Origin: Promethearchaeota archaeon
GTDB taxonomy: Archaea > Asgardarchaeota > Lokiarchaeia > Sigyniarchaeales > SOKP01
NCBI GenBank assembly: GCA_016840085.1
Contig: JAEOTA010000052.1
Coordinates: forward strand, 1 to 64,000
Length of the DNA stretch: 64,000 nucleotides
Direction: 5' to 3'
Shown: piece by piece, positions 30,680 to 41,472 of the stretch
How the letters are laid out: every line of letters starts with the position of its first letter
Numbering within the stretch: position 1 is the first letter of the stretch
Notes under the pieces: model-generated
What the model saw: only the letters and a program-made list of their open reading frames with translations
Database searches by the model: none
Told to the model about the DNA's origin: nothing
Program-made: the position numbers and the translations under genes

Positions 30680-31159
30680 TTAATTAATTATTTCTTCTCT
30701 TTTTTTTATTTTTTTTTTGTAATAAATCTTTCTAATTACTACTATCAGTAAACCCGCAGGAATTGAAAGAGCAAACCCCCATAGTGGAGATTTAAATATA
30801 AATATGATACTACCAACTGGATAAAAAAAGCGAAAAAGAAATTTAAATTTTCGACTCTTAAGTGGCTTTTTTTTTATAATTTGAATTGAATATTGGAAAA
30901 TTGAAGGGAGCCAGCATAAAAAGAAAAAAATAAGAATTATAGGTAAGCTAACGAAATTTATGATATAATAATAAAATAAGTTACCTAAAATTAGCGCAAC
31001 AACAACACCCAAAAAAAAAGAAAAACAACCTATACATACAGCATAGTTAAATATATAAAAAACATGATCATCGAAATCAACGCGGTTTGGATTATGATGT
31101 GCTAGCCAATTGATAATTATTCTTTTGTCCTTTCGATGATCATCTTTCGGAGGATTCAT
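30680..31159 (-). CDS. Membrane protein (DUF2085-like)
   Basis: AHH..HVF..VCIGC followed by 4 TM helices. Confidence 0.55.
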   Translation of the reverse strand: MNPPKDDHRKDKRIIINWLAHHNPNRVDFDDHVFYIFNYAVCIGCFSFFLGVVVALILGNLFYYYIINFVSLPIILIFFFLCWLPSIFQYSIQIIKKKPLKSRKFKFLFRFFYPVGSIIFIFKSPLWGFALSIPAGLLIVVIRKIYYKKKIKKREEIIN

Positions 31160-31250
31160 CTTCCTATTTCATTTATATAATAGAAAATTTGATTATTTTA
31201 GTGTAAATTTGAGATTTATGAATCAATGTATATATATAGGAATCATTTTA

Positions 31251-31697
31251 TTACGAACCAGCACAGTCACAGTCTCCACAGTCACAGTCTCCACAATCGC
31301 AGCCACCACCATCACAACCGCCACCGTAATATCCGCCGCCTCTGCGACGTCTTCCCATACTACAACAGCTACATGCTATACAAAGAATTATAATAGCTGC
31401 TATTACAAGCATTGTTATTCCTGTAGAAGGGAAGATAGGAATGTAAAATACTCCAAAGGACAATAATATAATTCCAACTATTACTACAAAGATAACAGCA
31501 ATTATTGCACCAGCTCCCCCTCTTGATGGTTTTGGTTGGGTTACAGGAGTTCCTTGGAATGGTTGGGGAGGTTGGGGGGGTTGAGGTTGTTGTGTTGGTT
31601 GTATTGGAGGAGTAACTGATTGATCAAACTTTGATCCACAATATGTACAAAATTTTGCATTATCAGGATTTTCTGAACCACAATTAGGACAATACAT
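31251..31697 (-). CDS. Zn-ribbon / Pro-Gln linker / 2-TM protein with Cys-Asp-Gly repeat tail
   Basis: CPNC..CTYC, PQPPQPPQP, two TMs, CIACSCC, RRRR, GCDGGGCDCGDCDCGDCDCAGS. Confidence 0.8.
   Translation of the reverse strand: MYCPNCGSENPDNAKFCTYCGSKFDQSVTPPIQPTQQPQPPQPPQPFQGTPVTQPKPSRGGAGAIIAVIFVVIVGIILLSFGVFYIPIFPSTGITMLVIAAIIILCIACSCCSMGRRRRGGGYYGGGCDGGGCDCGDCDCGDCDCAGS
31262..31303. repeat. 15-bp tandem repeat encoding the CDCGD units
   Basis: CACAGTCACAGTCTC twice plus a degenerate third copy. Confidence 0.7.
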
Positions 31698-31807
31698 TTT
31701 AAATCATGATTTTTTTATTATATTTCATTCTATTATTATAAAGTAAAAGAAGTAACTATCTAATTTAAATAGTTAACAAACATTGGGAAATAAGTAAAAA
31801 TATATTG

Positions 31808-32548
31808 TTAGATATCAGTTCCATAAAAATTGTTTAGAATAAACTTTCTATCTGGAACCTTAAGTCTGATATAATCACTTTTTAATTTAGATTCATCATA
31901 TTTTAAGTTCTTAAAGATAAAATTCCATCCATTATTATTTGTCTCAATTATGCAAAATGATATCGTAGAGGGAAGTATTGAACACCCTAGAGAACCAGGA
32001 TTCACAAAAATCTTATTCTTTCTATTTAGATATAGTTGTTCATGCATATGTCCAAATAGGATTATTTGAGCTTTATCTGGATAATCTTTTATAAAAGCAT
32101 CTAAAGATTTCCCTTGATATAATAGAGGTATATCCCATGAATTTTGAAATTGATTATCAATTTGTCTTGAATGAACCATAAAAAATTTCATATTATTCAT
32201 TTCCAGAATTCTTGATGTAGGGATTTTCTGAATCTTCTCTAGTAAAACAGAACCCAATTGTTTTTCAGTCCATTTTCTATGTTGCAATTCTTCTTCCCGT
32301 GTTTCTATATTTATTTTTTCGGTTATGACAATTTCATTATTTCCTAAAATATTAATAAATCTGTCATCTGAGAGGATAATTTCTGTTACTTCTTTTGGAT
32401 GAGGACCAATTTGAAGAAAATCTCCTAGATTTAATATGTAATCAACCTCTAATTCTCTCTCGATATAATTAAGAAATTTTGTTAATGCATATTTATTAGC
32501 ATGGATATCTGCTACAACAGCAATTTGCTTTACATTAGCAATTTTCAT
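31808..32548 (-). CDS. Calcineurin-like metallophosphoesterase
   Basis: DIHAN, GD, GNNE, H, GHMH, NPGS. Confidence 0.9.
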   Translation of the reverse strand: MKIANVKQIAVVADIHANKYALTKFLNYIERELEVDYILNLGDFLQIGPHPKEVTEIILSDDRFINILGNNEIVITEKINIETREEELQHRKWTEKQLGSVLLEKIQKIPTSRILEMNNMKFFMVHSRQIDNQFQNSWDIPLLYQGKSLDAFIKDYPDKAQIILFGHMHEQLYLNRKNKIFVNPGSLGCSILPSTISFCIIETNNNGWNFIFKNLKYDESKLKSDYIRLKVPDRKFILNNFYGTDI

Positions 32549-32702
32549 TATTTTAGTTCTACGGATTGCAGTCTATATATAAATACAAAATGGAGAATGG
32601 GTGTATTATATATAACTATTGGATATCAATTTTTTTATATTTTCACTTACTTTTTTAGTTAATTATTGATTATATCCTGATAAAATATTTAAAAGTGAAT
32701 TT

Positions 32703-33560
32703 ATGATGGTTATTGATATGCATGTTCACCCTTTTTGCAAAGAAGCTCACTATGGCGATAAGAAAAAGATTGCTGATGCTATGAGTGGAAATGATCCAAT
32801 TAAGTTAAAGAGAGTAAATCGCATGTTAAATGCTATAATGGAACAATATACTTTAGAAGATTATATAGCAATAATGGATAAATTCAATATCAATAAAGCT
32901 GTCATTGTATCTCTTAATGTATCTTCTGCTTATGGATTTATCATGGTAACAAATGAAGATATAGCAGATTTTGTGAAAAGGTTTCCTGATAGATTTATCG
33001 GATTTGCTTGTATTGACGTTCCTGCAGCAGATGCATCGGAACAACTTGATTATGCTATTAATTCTTTAAATCTGAAAGGTATTAAGTTAGTTCCACCAGC
33101 TCAAAAATTTGACATATCTGAAAGAAAATATGATTCCTTATGGAAAAAGATGATTGACTTAAATATTCCATTATGGACTCATGGAGGGCATCAAGGCTCA
33201 TTTTATGGCTCTATTGCTAGATACGGTCATCCTTTATTAATAGATGATATTGCATTAAGACATAAAGAATTAACAATTGTTATAGGTCATATGGGGGTTC
33301 CATGGATGTGGGATGCTTGGTCTGTAGTAATGAGACATAAAAACGTTTATATTGACATATCAGCTTATCCTAATCTTTATAATTGGTTCCCATGGGACGC
33401 GTTTATTACAGAAAATCTAACATATAAGATACTTTTTGCTTCAGATTATCCTTTAAAACACTATAGTGAAATTTTTAATGCTTTTGAAAAAGTTCAAATT
33501 AATGATTCCTTGAAAAACGCAATTTTAGAAAAAAATGCGAAGAAAATTCTAAAAATTTAG
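32703..33560 (+). CDS. Amidohydrolase_2 family protein
   Basis: IDMHVH, GIKL, HGG, GHMG, FASDYP. Confidence 0.9.
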   Translation: MMVIDMHVHPFCKEAHYGDKKKIADAMSGNDPIKLKRVNRMLNAIMEQYTLEDYIAIMDKFNINKAVIVSLNVSSAYGFIMVTNEDIADFVKRFPDRFIGFACIDVPAADASEQLDYAINSLNLKGIKLVPPAQKFDISERKYDSLWKKMIDLNIPLWTHGGHQGSFYGSIARYGHPLLIDDIALRHKELTIVIGHMGVPWMWDAWSVVMRHKNVYIDISAYPNLYNWFPWDAFITENLTYKILFASDYPLKHYSEIFNAFEKVQINDSLKNAILEKNAKKILKI

Positions 33561-33636
33561 AATCGCAAACTTTTTTTTTTCCTTTTCTTATAGTCTTAAG
33601 TAATGAAAATAGCAGATATAATTTAATAAAATTATT

Positions 33637-34842
33637 ATGAGCTTTGAAAAATCTAAAGTATATTTTGGCTCAGTCCAACATGGCAAGATCGCTTTATTTG
33701 CTTCATTTGCGGCAAAAGTAGAAAAAATTACTGAAATACTGATCAACCAGACAGAAATTGAAGAGAAAGATAAAATAGCCATAAAAATGCATCTAGGGTA
33801 TTATGATGGGTATCAAACAATTCCTGTTTTCTTTGTACGACGTATTGTTGAAGCCTTAAAAAAAACAGGTGGTTATCCTTTCATTACGGATAATCCGACT
33901 GCAGTGTATAATGCGGTAAATAGGGGATACACGCAAGAAACTTGCGGATGCCCAATTATCCCTATTGCTGGTGTAAAGGATGGTTATACTACTCCTGTAG
34001 AAATTAACTTTAGAGGTTTTGATTCTCTCGAAATGGGAGGGGTATTAAAGGATGCTGATGTATTGGTTGATTTATCTCATGCTAAAGGGCATGGAGCATG
34101 TGGTTATGGGGGTGCTATTAAGAATCTAGCTCTTGGAGGATATTCAGGATCCACTCGTTGGAGGAAAATACATGGTGTTGCACAAATTGATAAGTACTGG
34201 GATAAAGAGAAAGGTTCTCCAGAACATGCAAAAAAGCTTGTTGATGCTTGTCCATACGGAGCTCTTCACTATAATGAAGAAAAGGGCGATCTAATACGTA
34301 ATTATCATAATTGTCGTCAATGTTTTACATGTTTAGAGATTGATCATGACATAGGTGCCGTAAAACTTCCAAAAGAAAGTTATACTGCTTTCCAAGAAAT
34401 GATGGCTATATCTACAAAAAAAGTGCTTGAAACTTTTAAACCCAAAAAAGTATTTTACTTAAATTTTTTAATTCAAATCACGACTTTTTGTGATTGTATG
34501 GGAATGGGGCAACCTTCTATTATCAATGATATAGGTGTATTAGGTTCAAAAGATATTATTGCAATTGAAACCGCAACGCTTGATCTAATAAAAAAGGAGG
34601 GAATAATAGAAAAAAACATACCTCCCTATTTCAAAGATGTTAATCTTAACCCCAACGAAGATCTCCATCCTTTTACGAGATTGCATGGACCATATAAGGA
34701 TCCCTATGAGAGTGTGAGATTTCTAGAGAAAATGGGGGTAGGGAACTCTAATTATGAATTAATTGAGATTTTAGCTCCTGAAGAAACAGCTGAAATGAAG
34801 CCACCAAAAATGGAGTTTGAAGGAGAACCAACCTTCTTCTAG
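33637..34842 (+). CDS. DUF362 Fe-S protein
   Basis: AIKMHLG, SHAKGH, GGAIKNLALG, CRQCFTC, CDC. Confidence 0.85.
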   Translation: MSFEKSKVYFGSVQHGKIALFASFAAKVEKITEILINQTEIEEKDKIAIKMHLGYYDGYQTIPVFFVRRIVEALKKTGGYPFITDNPTAVYNAVNRGYTQETCGCPIIPIAGVKDGYTTPVEINFRGFDSLEMGGVLKDADVLVDLSHAKGHGACGYGGAIKNLALGGYSGSTRWRKIHGVAQIDKYWDKEKGSPEHAKKLVDACPYGALHYNEEKGDLIRNYHNCRQCFTCLEIDHDIGAVKLPKESYTAFQEMMAISTKKVLETFKPKKVFYLNFLIQITTFCDCMGMGQPSIINDIGVLGSKDIIAIETATLDLIKKEGIIEKNIPPYFKDVNLNPNEDLHPFTRLHGPYKDPYESVRFLEKMGVGNSNYELIEILAPEETAEMKPPKMEFEGEPTFF

Positions 34843-35111
34843 TTATTTAAGAAAATCTTTACAATCTCTCTTTCCTTTTCTATTATTTTTATAAATATTC
34901 AAGTATTTTTCGACACTTCATCCTGTTAATTAATATCTCCAAATTAAGCAAAAAATAGTTCGGTTGACTAGACGAAAAATCTTAATAAAGAAATTTACTT
35001 TTTTTTTAATTTAGATAAAAGATATTATGATTCCATACCCATCTTGTACTAAATTTTTAGAATATGATTGAAAAATAAAATATCATATTAAATAAAAAGA
35101 AAAAATATGAT

Positions 35112-37892
35112 TTAGGTTTTAGTTCTCTTCCTGAGATAAATTATTGCAATAGCAGCAACAACAGCTATACCCCCAACAATGCTAATAATTACAGTTACGA
35201 TAATCCACGTTAAGTCTTTCTTAGTTGGTTCAGGACCATCATCCCAAATAGGAAAATTATCTTGGCTTCCTGCTGAACCTGGAATATCATAGGGAGTATC
35301 ACCTATACCATCATCATTCTTATCTTTACCAGCGTAATCATGCCAATAATTTCCAAGTTCACCATTATCCCATCGATTATTTGTTCCATTATCCACAGCA
35401 TTTATCCCTGCAGGATTAGTAAAATTGTTATTATAGAAGAGATTGTTTTCACATTTTCCAGATTCCTCTATTAAGCTTACTCCTTTAACATCATTTTCAA
35501 TGATATCATTATTGAAGAATGTATTATTATTACACCCATCTAATCCTAAACCCTCATTACTATTATATATCGTATTATCAGAGAAGATGGAGTTATTAAC
35601 TCTATTTAAGACTAATCCAGCAAAATTATTATTGTTTATAGTATTATCTGAAATAACACTATCATTACTTTTATGAATTTGTAATCCAACATCGTTGAAA
35701 TTAATAATATTTCCAATGAAATCGTTAGAATTACCATCCGATTGTACTCCGTAATCATTATATGTGATCGTATTTCCTGAAATAATATTATTAGAACTTT
35801 CTAAAATATACATACCTGCTCCGCCTTTATTATCATTTAAAGTATTTTCTGAAATAGCATTGTTATCACTATACCAGATATTCATCCCCATACCAAAGTT
35901 GTTATCTGCTTTGTTATTTGAGATTGTGTTATTATGACTTTCTATTATAGCAATCCCGGCTTCGTAATTTGATGTACAGTTATTATTGCTTATCATTCCA
36001 TTATTTACTCGGAATAAAGCGATTCCTCCGTATCCCCAACCAGAACTTGAATTGATTATAGTACAATCTCTAATTATGAAATACTTACTTGACTCTCTAA
36101 TCGCAATACAACTGCTCGAATTTTCACCGTTTATAGTGATATCTTCGATAATATAAGGATCGTCCCAAGTGCCAGAACCATTACAAAAGGGTATAAATTT
36201 AGCAGCCTGAACCCATGTAAGAGCACCAGAAGTCCCTCCACTATCATCAATAATAAACGAAGAAATTATACCGCTGCAATTATTAGCCATAAAGATATTT
36301 CCCTTGGAGTCATATTCTGATATACAGTATGTATTTCCATTTAAAGTATTTCCAATAACTTTTGTATAATTGCTTTCATCTAGTCTTATCCCCGCATAAT
36401 CGTTTCCGCTCGCGATATTTGTCAAAATTGCATTGTTATTGCTCTTAAATAATTCTATTCCTTGATCATTGTAATTTGCGGTATTTCCTGAGAGAGTGTT
36501 ATTATTACTTGACCACATCAAATAAATTCCAGGACCTGTATTATAGCAAGCAGTATTTTCCGAGAGTGTATTATTTTCACTTTCTATTAAAAATATACCA
36601 GAATGAGGGTTATTATTTGCAATATTGCCTGAAACAGTGTTATTAAAACTACTTTCTAAATGTATACCTTCCCGATTGTTAAATGAACAGTTATTATCAA
36701 TAATTTGGGAATTATTTACATTTTCTAGTTTAATTCCTGCTTGATAAGCTCCAGCACTTGCATTAAACAATGTACAATCCCTTATTATAAAATATACACT
36801 AGAATCTCGAACTAAAATACAATCAGTTGAATTATTGCCATTTATAGTGATGTCTTCGATGATGTAAGGATCCTTCCAAGTACCAGAACCGCTAACCCAT
36901 GCTAAATATTTAGCAGCTTCAGCCCAAGTAAAATTCCCACCTCCGATATCCCTAATATAAATACTAGGAGAAACTTCACCTTCACAGTTATTCCACTTGA
37001 TGACATTTTCTTTGGCTTCTGATTCAATAATACACATACCATTACCAATTAACACATTTCCAATTACTATAGTATAATTACTCATTTCTAAAGCTATTCC
37101 ATATCCATTGGAATTTATGGTATTTCCATAGACATCTGTATTGTTACTTTTATGTAAATATATCCCCAACATATTTTCATTAATTTCGATGTTTCCCGAA
37201 ATAGTATTATTAGTACATTCACCTAAAAATATCCCAAAGATGTTATTATTAAGGGTATTTCCAGAAATAGTGTTGTTATTATTCCACCATCCTCCTATAC
37301 CCGAACCATTCCAGTGGTTAATTAAGATATTTCCCAAAAATGTATTGTTTTGGGTGGTCTCCATATATATTCCATTTATAGAATTGTTATTTGCTATATT
37401 TCCAAGGAGGGTGTTATTATAACTAAAATAAACTCGAATACCATGGCCATTATTGAACGAACAATTATTATTAATTATTTGCGAATTGTTAACATTTTCC
37501 AAAGAGATGCCACCGTAACCCATACTTTTACTTGAATTGTAAAATGTACAATTTCTGATGATAAAAGGAACATTAGAGTTTTTAATATGAATACAGTTAG
37601 ACGAATTATCACCATTAATAGTAACATTTTCTATCACATAAAATCCATTAACAAAACTACACCAAACTTGACCGACAGCCCAAGCCCAATCACTACCTGA
37701 AACGGTATCATCAATATAAATTGGATTTTCAACCCAATAATCCGAAGTTTTGATTTTAGTATCATTTCGGATTTCCACGTCCTCTTCATTACTTAATGAT
37801 TTATAGCTGAATCCTATAAAATTAATATTTAATAAAGCAATAATTATTGATAATCCAATTAAAAATACAATTTTTTTTTTACGTAATTTCAT
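35112..37892 (-). CDS. Membrane-anchored right-handed beta-helix (NosD-like) surface protein
   Basis: Signal-like N-terminus, Asn-rich PbH1 repeats in three modules, GNYWHDY..DGIGDTPY, C-terminal TM + basic tail. Confidence 0.88.
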   Translation of the reverse strand: MKLRKKKIVFLIGLSIIIALLNINFIGFSYKSLSNEEDVEIRNDTKIKTSDYWVENPIYIDDTVSGSDWAWAVGQVWCSFVNGFYVIENVTINGDNSSNCIHIKNSNVPFIIRNCTFYNSSKSMGYGGISLENVNNSQIINNNCSFNNGHGIRVYFSYNNTLLGNIANNNSINGIYMETTQNNTFLGNILINHWNGSGIGGWWNNNNTISGNTLNNNIFGIFLGECTNNTISGNIEINENMLGIYLHKSNNTDVYGNTINSNGYGIALEMSNYTIVIGNVLIGNGMCIIESEAKENVIKWNNCEGEVSPSIYIRDIGGGNFTWAEAAKYLAWVSGSGTWKDPYIIEDITINGNNSTDCILVRDSSVYFIIRDCTLFNASAGAYQAGIKLENVNNSQIIDNNCSFNNREGIHLESSFNNTVSGNIANNNPHSGIFLIESENNTLSENTACYNTGPGIYLMWSSNNNTLSGNTANYNDQGIELFKSNNNAILTNIASGNDYAGIRLDESNYTKVIGNTLNGNTYCISEYDSKGNIFMANNCSGIISSFIIDDSGGTSGALTWVQAAKFIPFCNGSGTWDDPYIIEDITINGENSSSCIAIRESSKYFIIRDCTIINSSSGWGYGGIALFRVNNGMISNNNCTSNYEAGIAIIESHNNTISNNKADNNFGMGMNIWYSDNNAISENTLNDNKGGAGMYILESSNNIISGNTITYNDYGVQSDGNSNDFIGNIINFNDVGLQIHKSNDSVISDNTINNNNFAGLVLNRVNNSIFSDNTIYNSNEGLGLDGCNNNTFFNNDIIENDVKGVSLIEESGKCENNLFYNNNFTNPAGINAVDNGTNNRWDNGELGNYWHDYAGKDKNDDGIGDTPYDIPGSAGSQDNFPIWDDGPEPTKKDLTWIIVTVIISIVGGIAVVAAIAIIYLRKRTKT

Positions 37893-38136
37893 ATTACTTC
37901 ACCAAATGACTTAAATGTCTATTTTTATAATATATACTTATATTTAACTTTTATACAAAAATATCATAAATTTTTTTTTTAAATTTTCTTCTGAGACAGT
38001 GGCCTTAATCCATGAGGCTTAAAAAATTGTTATGTATAAGTAATGAAGTTTTATAGTATTTTTTGAAAATGCTATTGAAATTTTCATTTATTGTGTATCA
38101 AAAAACTTTTTTTGGACTATTATTTATCAAATTCGA

Positions 38137-39132
38137 ATGAAAGAAATTTATCCTGAAATATTTTTAATTGAGGAAAAGGGAATATTCAGACCCTCAGACA
38201 ACATTTATGTCTTAGCTGGGAATGATGGTATAATTTATGATGCTGGGTACGGAAATAAAAAAGCTCTAAAACAATTCTTTAAACAATTTAAAGAAATTGA
38301 AACTTATTATAAAGATCAACACATGAAATTTGAAATCACACATATAATTGTATCTCATGCTCATTCTGACCATTTTAGCGGTTTAAAAGCGATAAGTGAT
38401 GGATTAGATTTAAAAGTTGTATTAACAGATAAAATCGCTAAAATAATAAAGGATAAAATTAGTTTCAATAATAGTTATCAAGCTGATGACTATGAAGATT
38501 ATTTAAGAATTAGAAGAAATTATATTCGCAAAATCCGGAATTTTCTTCGTAATCTTGGTGAGAGGACATTTTATAAAAAGATATTTGGTCTTTCTTATTT
38601 TGATACTCCAGATGAAATTATTGATGAAAATTCAATTATCATAATTAATGATGAGCCTTGGAAAGTTTTCCCCTCTCCAGGACATTGCCCGGATCACATA
38701 TCTCTCTATAATGAAGAAAAAGGAGTTCTCTTTTCGGGAGATAATATTCTAAACATGCGATCAACTTGGTTAGGTCCACCAGAATCTAATATTGCTGAGT
38801 ATATAGAAACTATTCGAAATTTGCAAAATTTACCTAATTTAAAATTAATTCTTCCAGCTCATGGTGAAATTATTAAAAACCCAAAAGAAACACTTACTGC
38901 GATATTAGAACGCATGCAAGAACGAGAAGAACAATTATTGAATGCAATTTATAAACATTCTAAGAAAGGTTTATCACCAGAAGATATCGTTAAAATTATT
39001 TATTCCAATGAAAATAAAATGGTACGAATAATAGCACGTGGTTGGGTTGTTTTAACTCTAAAAATGATAGAAAAAGAAAATAAGATAAAAAGAAAAGTCA
39101 TAAAAAAGAAAATATTGTTTTTTCCCTCATAA
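38137..39132 (+). CDS. Metallo-beta-lactamase fold hydrolase with C-terminal wH
   Basis: SHAHSDH, PGHCPDH, FSGD, PAHG. Confidence 0.9.
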   Translation: MKEIYPEIFLIEEKGIFRPSDNIYVLAGNDGIIYDAGYGNKKALKQFFKQFKEIETYYKDQHMKFEITHIIVSHAHSDHFSGLKAISDGLDLKVVLTDKIAKIIKDKISFNNSYQADDYEDYLRIRRNYIRKIRNFLRNLGERTFYKKIFGLSYFDTPDEIIDENSIIIINDEPWKVFPSPGHCPDHISLYNEEKGVLFSGDNILNMRSTWLGPPESNIAEYIETIRNLQNLPNLKLILPAHGEIIKNPKETLTAILERMQEREEQLLNAIYKHSKKGLSPEDIVKIIYSNENKMVRIIARGWVVLTLKMIEKENKIKRKVIKKKILFFPS

Positions 39133-39311
39133 AGAAACTTAAATTAAAAAACAAATGCTCTTGACATAAACCATTCCCAATTTACATGGAATTTATTTAC
39201 TTATTTCGGAATTAATAAATAAATTCTATTAGTTAAACCCCAACTTAAATATTATACAAATTTTGCAGCGATATTAAATTTAAAAGTAAATAATTTTCAC
39301 ATATTTTAAAC

Positions 39312-41465
39312 ATGCAAAAAGAACACCTAAACTATTTCAATGGACCATTTTTAAAAAGGAAGAGCATTCTTTATCGACATTATCAAAATAATATTGTCAA
39401 TAGTTGTAAAAATAAAAATTCCTTAGTAGTTTTACCAACTGGTTTAGGTAAAACAATAATAGCTATTTTATTAATTGATCATACTCTTAAAAAATATCCA
39501 AGTTCTAAAATTATAATTCTTGCGCCTACAAGGCCCTTAGTATCTCAACATAGGGATTCTTGTGAAAAGTTTCTTAATATTGATCCCGAAGAAATCACAT
39601 TACTTACAGGAAAGATTACTCCTGAAAAACGAATTATTTTATTTAAAAACTCAAAAATTATAATTTCTACTCCACAAGTTATAAAAAATGATTTGATGAG
39701 AGGACGATATGATTTAACTCAAGTATCATTGATAGTTTTTGATGAGGCTCATAAAACAAAGGGAAATTATGCATATAATTTTCTTTCAAAAGAATATATT
39801 GATACTTGTAATGATCCATTGATTCTTGGTTTGACCGCTTCACCTGGTAAGAATTATGAACGTATACAAGAAATATGTGATAATTTATATATTGAAAATA
39901 TTGTCTTTAAAAGTTATGAAGACGAAGATGTAAAAGACTATATATTCGATATTGATACTTATATAAATTTTATCAGCTTACCTATAAAAGTAGTGGAACT
40001 AAGTGAAGTGTGGTATAACCTTTTTATAATATTCTTAAGATTTTTCATTAAAAGTAAACTATTACCTCCGAATAAACCATATTATTCAAAACTGGATTTC
40101 TTAGGAATAAGTCGCGATTTAACATTGTCATTACAATTAGAAAGAGATGAATATTTAGAACTTTCTGATGAGGAGATTTTGGAGCATCTCTATTATAAAT
40201 CTCCAAAAATTATAGATATTGTTAAGAAAAATAAGCTTAATGTAGAATCAATCTTCTCATATTGTTCAAGCTGTATTTCTCTCCTTCATGCCAAAGATTT
40301 ACTAGAAACTCAAGATATTTCACTATTTAAATCATTTGTTGAGAAAATTGAATACAGGGCAGATGATGATCTATTATCTGCTAAAAGAATAGTGAATTCA
40401 GAACATTTTAAATATATAAACTCAGTCTTAGAAAAGGAAGACCAAGCAAAATTAACTCATCCTAAAGTGAATAAGATAATTTCTATTATAAAAGAAGAAA
40501 ATGAAGAATTTAACAATACGAAAATTCTAATATTCACTCAATATCGAGATATGGCTGAGTTTCTAAAAAGAATACTATGTAATGTCTTTAATGATCAATT
40601 AAAAGTTGAAAAATTCATAGGTCAGACAAACAAGATTGATGATAATGGATTTTCTCAACGTGAACAAATTGAAATTTTAAAAAAATTCAGAGAAGGAAAA
40701 ATTAATATCTTAATTGCTACAAGTGTAGCAGAAGAGGGTTTAGATATACCTAATGTAGATGCCATAATTTTTTACGAACCTGTTCCCTCTGAAATCAGAT
40801 TAATTCAAAGAAGAGGAAGGACTGGACGATTTGCTCCAGGAAGATGTTATATACTTGTAACTGAAAACACAGTTGATGTTCCGTTTCACATCGTTGCAAG
40901 GAGAAAAGAAGGATTTATGAAGTCAGTTTTATCTTATCCTGAACAAATTAAGTTAATTACTAATTTAGATCGTAAAAGCATTACATTTTCAACACTTAAT
41001 TCCAAATGTTCAGAATTAGGTCTTATTACTAATTTTAATGATAGAAAAGAAAAAGAAAATGAGTTTTTAGCAAATCGTTCAATTGAAGATATCATTACCC
41101 AATTAGATAAATTTTGTAATAGCAAAGGATTTCAAAAACTTAAAGAATGTGGTGTTACATTTTATTCAGATTTGATAAAAATGGAATTACCCTCATTAAA
41201 AGATAAAATACTTAAATTAAAAGGAAAAAAAACTAAACAACATAAAAGTAAAAAAATTTATTTAAATAAAAATGTAAAAACTTTAATTAAAATTGTTAAA
41301 ACTTATGGTGAAAATGGAAAATTAGAGTTTAAAAGATTCCAAGACCTTGCCTGTATTGAAGAAATAATTGATCATAAGTTTAACGTTCACTTTAATCAAG
41401 CGTGTTATTTAGGTTACCTTAAAAAACAAGATAATTTAGTTCATTATCTCATGGATTATGAATAA
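39312..41465 (+). CDS. hef: Hef/FANCM-like SF2 helicase without an evident ERCC4 nuclease domain
   Basis: LPTGLGKT, DEAH, TASPG, EEGLDIP, YEPVPSEIRLIQRRGRTGR. Confidence 0.88.
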   Translation: MQKEHLNYFNGPFLKRKSILYRHYQNNIVNSCKNKNSLVVLPTGLGKTIIAILLIDHTLKKYPSSKIIILAPTRPLVSQHRDSCEKFLNIDPEEITLLTGKITPEKRIILFKNSKIIISTPQVIKNDLMRGRYDLTQVSLIVFDEAHKTKGNYAYNFLSKEYIDTCNDPLILGLTASPGKNYERIQEICDNLYIENIVFKSYEDEDVKDYIFDIDTYINFISLPIKVVELSEVWYNLFIIFLRFFIKSKLLPPNKPYYSKLDFLGISRDLTLSLQLERDEYLELSDEEILEHLYYKSPKIIDIVKKNKLNVESIFSYCSSCISLLHAKDLLETQDISLFKSFVEKIEYRADDDLLSAKRIVNSEHFKYINSVLEKEDQAKLTHPKVNKIISIIKEENEEFNNTKILIFTQYRDMAEFLKRILCNVFNDQLKVEKFIGQTNKIDDNGFSQREQIEILKKFREGKINILIATSVAEEGLDIPNVDAIIFYEPVPSEIRLIQRRGRTGRFAPGRCYILVTENTVDVPFHIVARRKEGFMKSVLSYPEQIKLITNLDRKSITFSTLNSKCSELGLITNFNDRKEKENEFLANRSIEDIITQLDKFCNSKGFQKLKECGVTFYSDLIKMELPSLKDKILKLKGKKTKQHKSKKIYLNKNVKTLIKIVKTYGENGKLEFKRFQDLACIEEIIDHKFNVHFNQACYLGYLKKQDNLVHYLMDYE

Positions 41466-41472
41466 CAACATT

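Noticed and set aside
31209-31466. 85-aa Thr/Ser-rich plus-strand ORF
   Set aside because: Antisense to the Cys-Asp-Gly repeat tail; its low complexity mirrors that gene.
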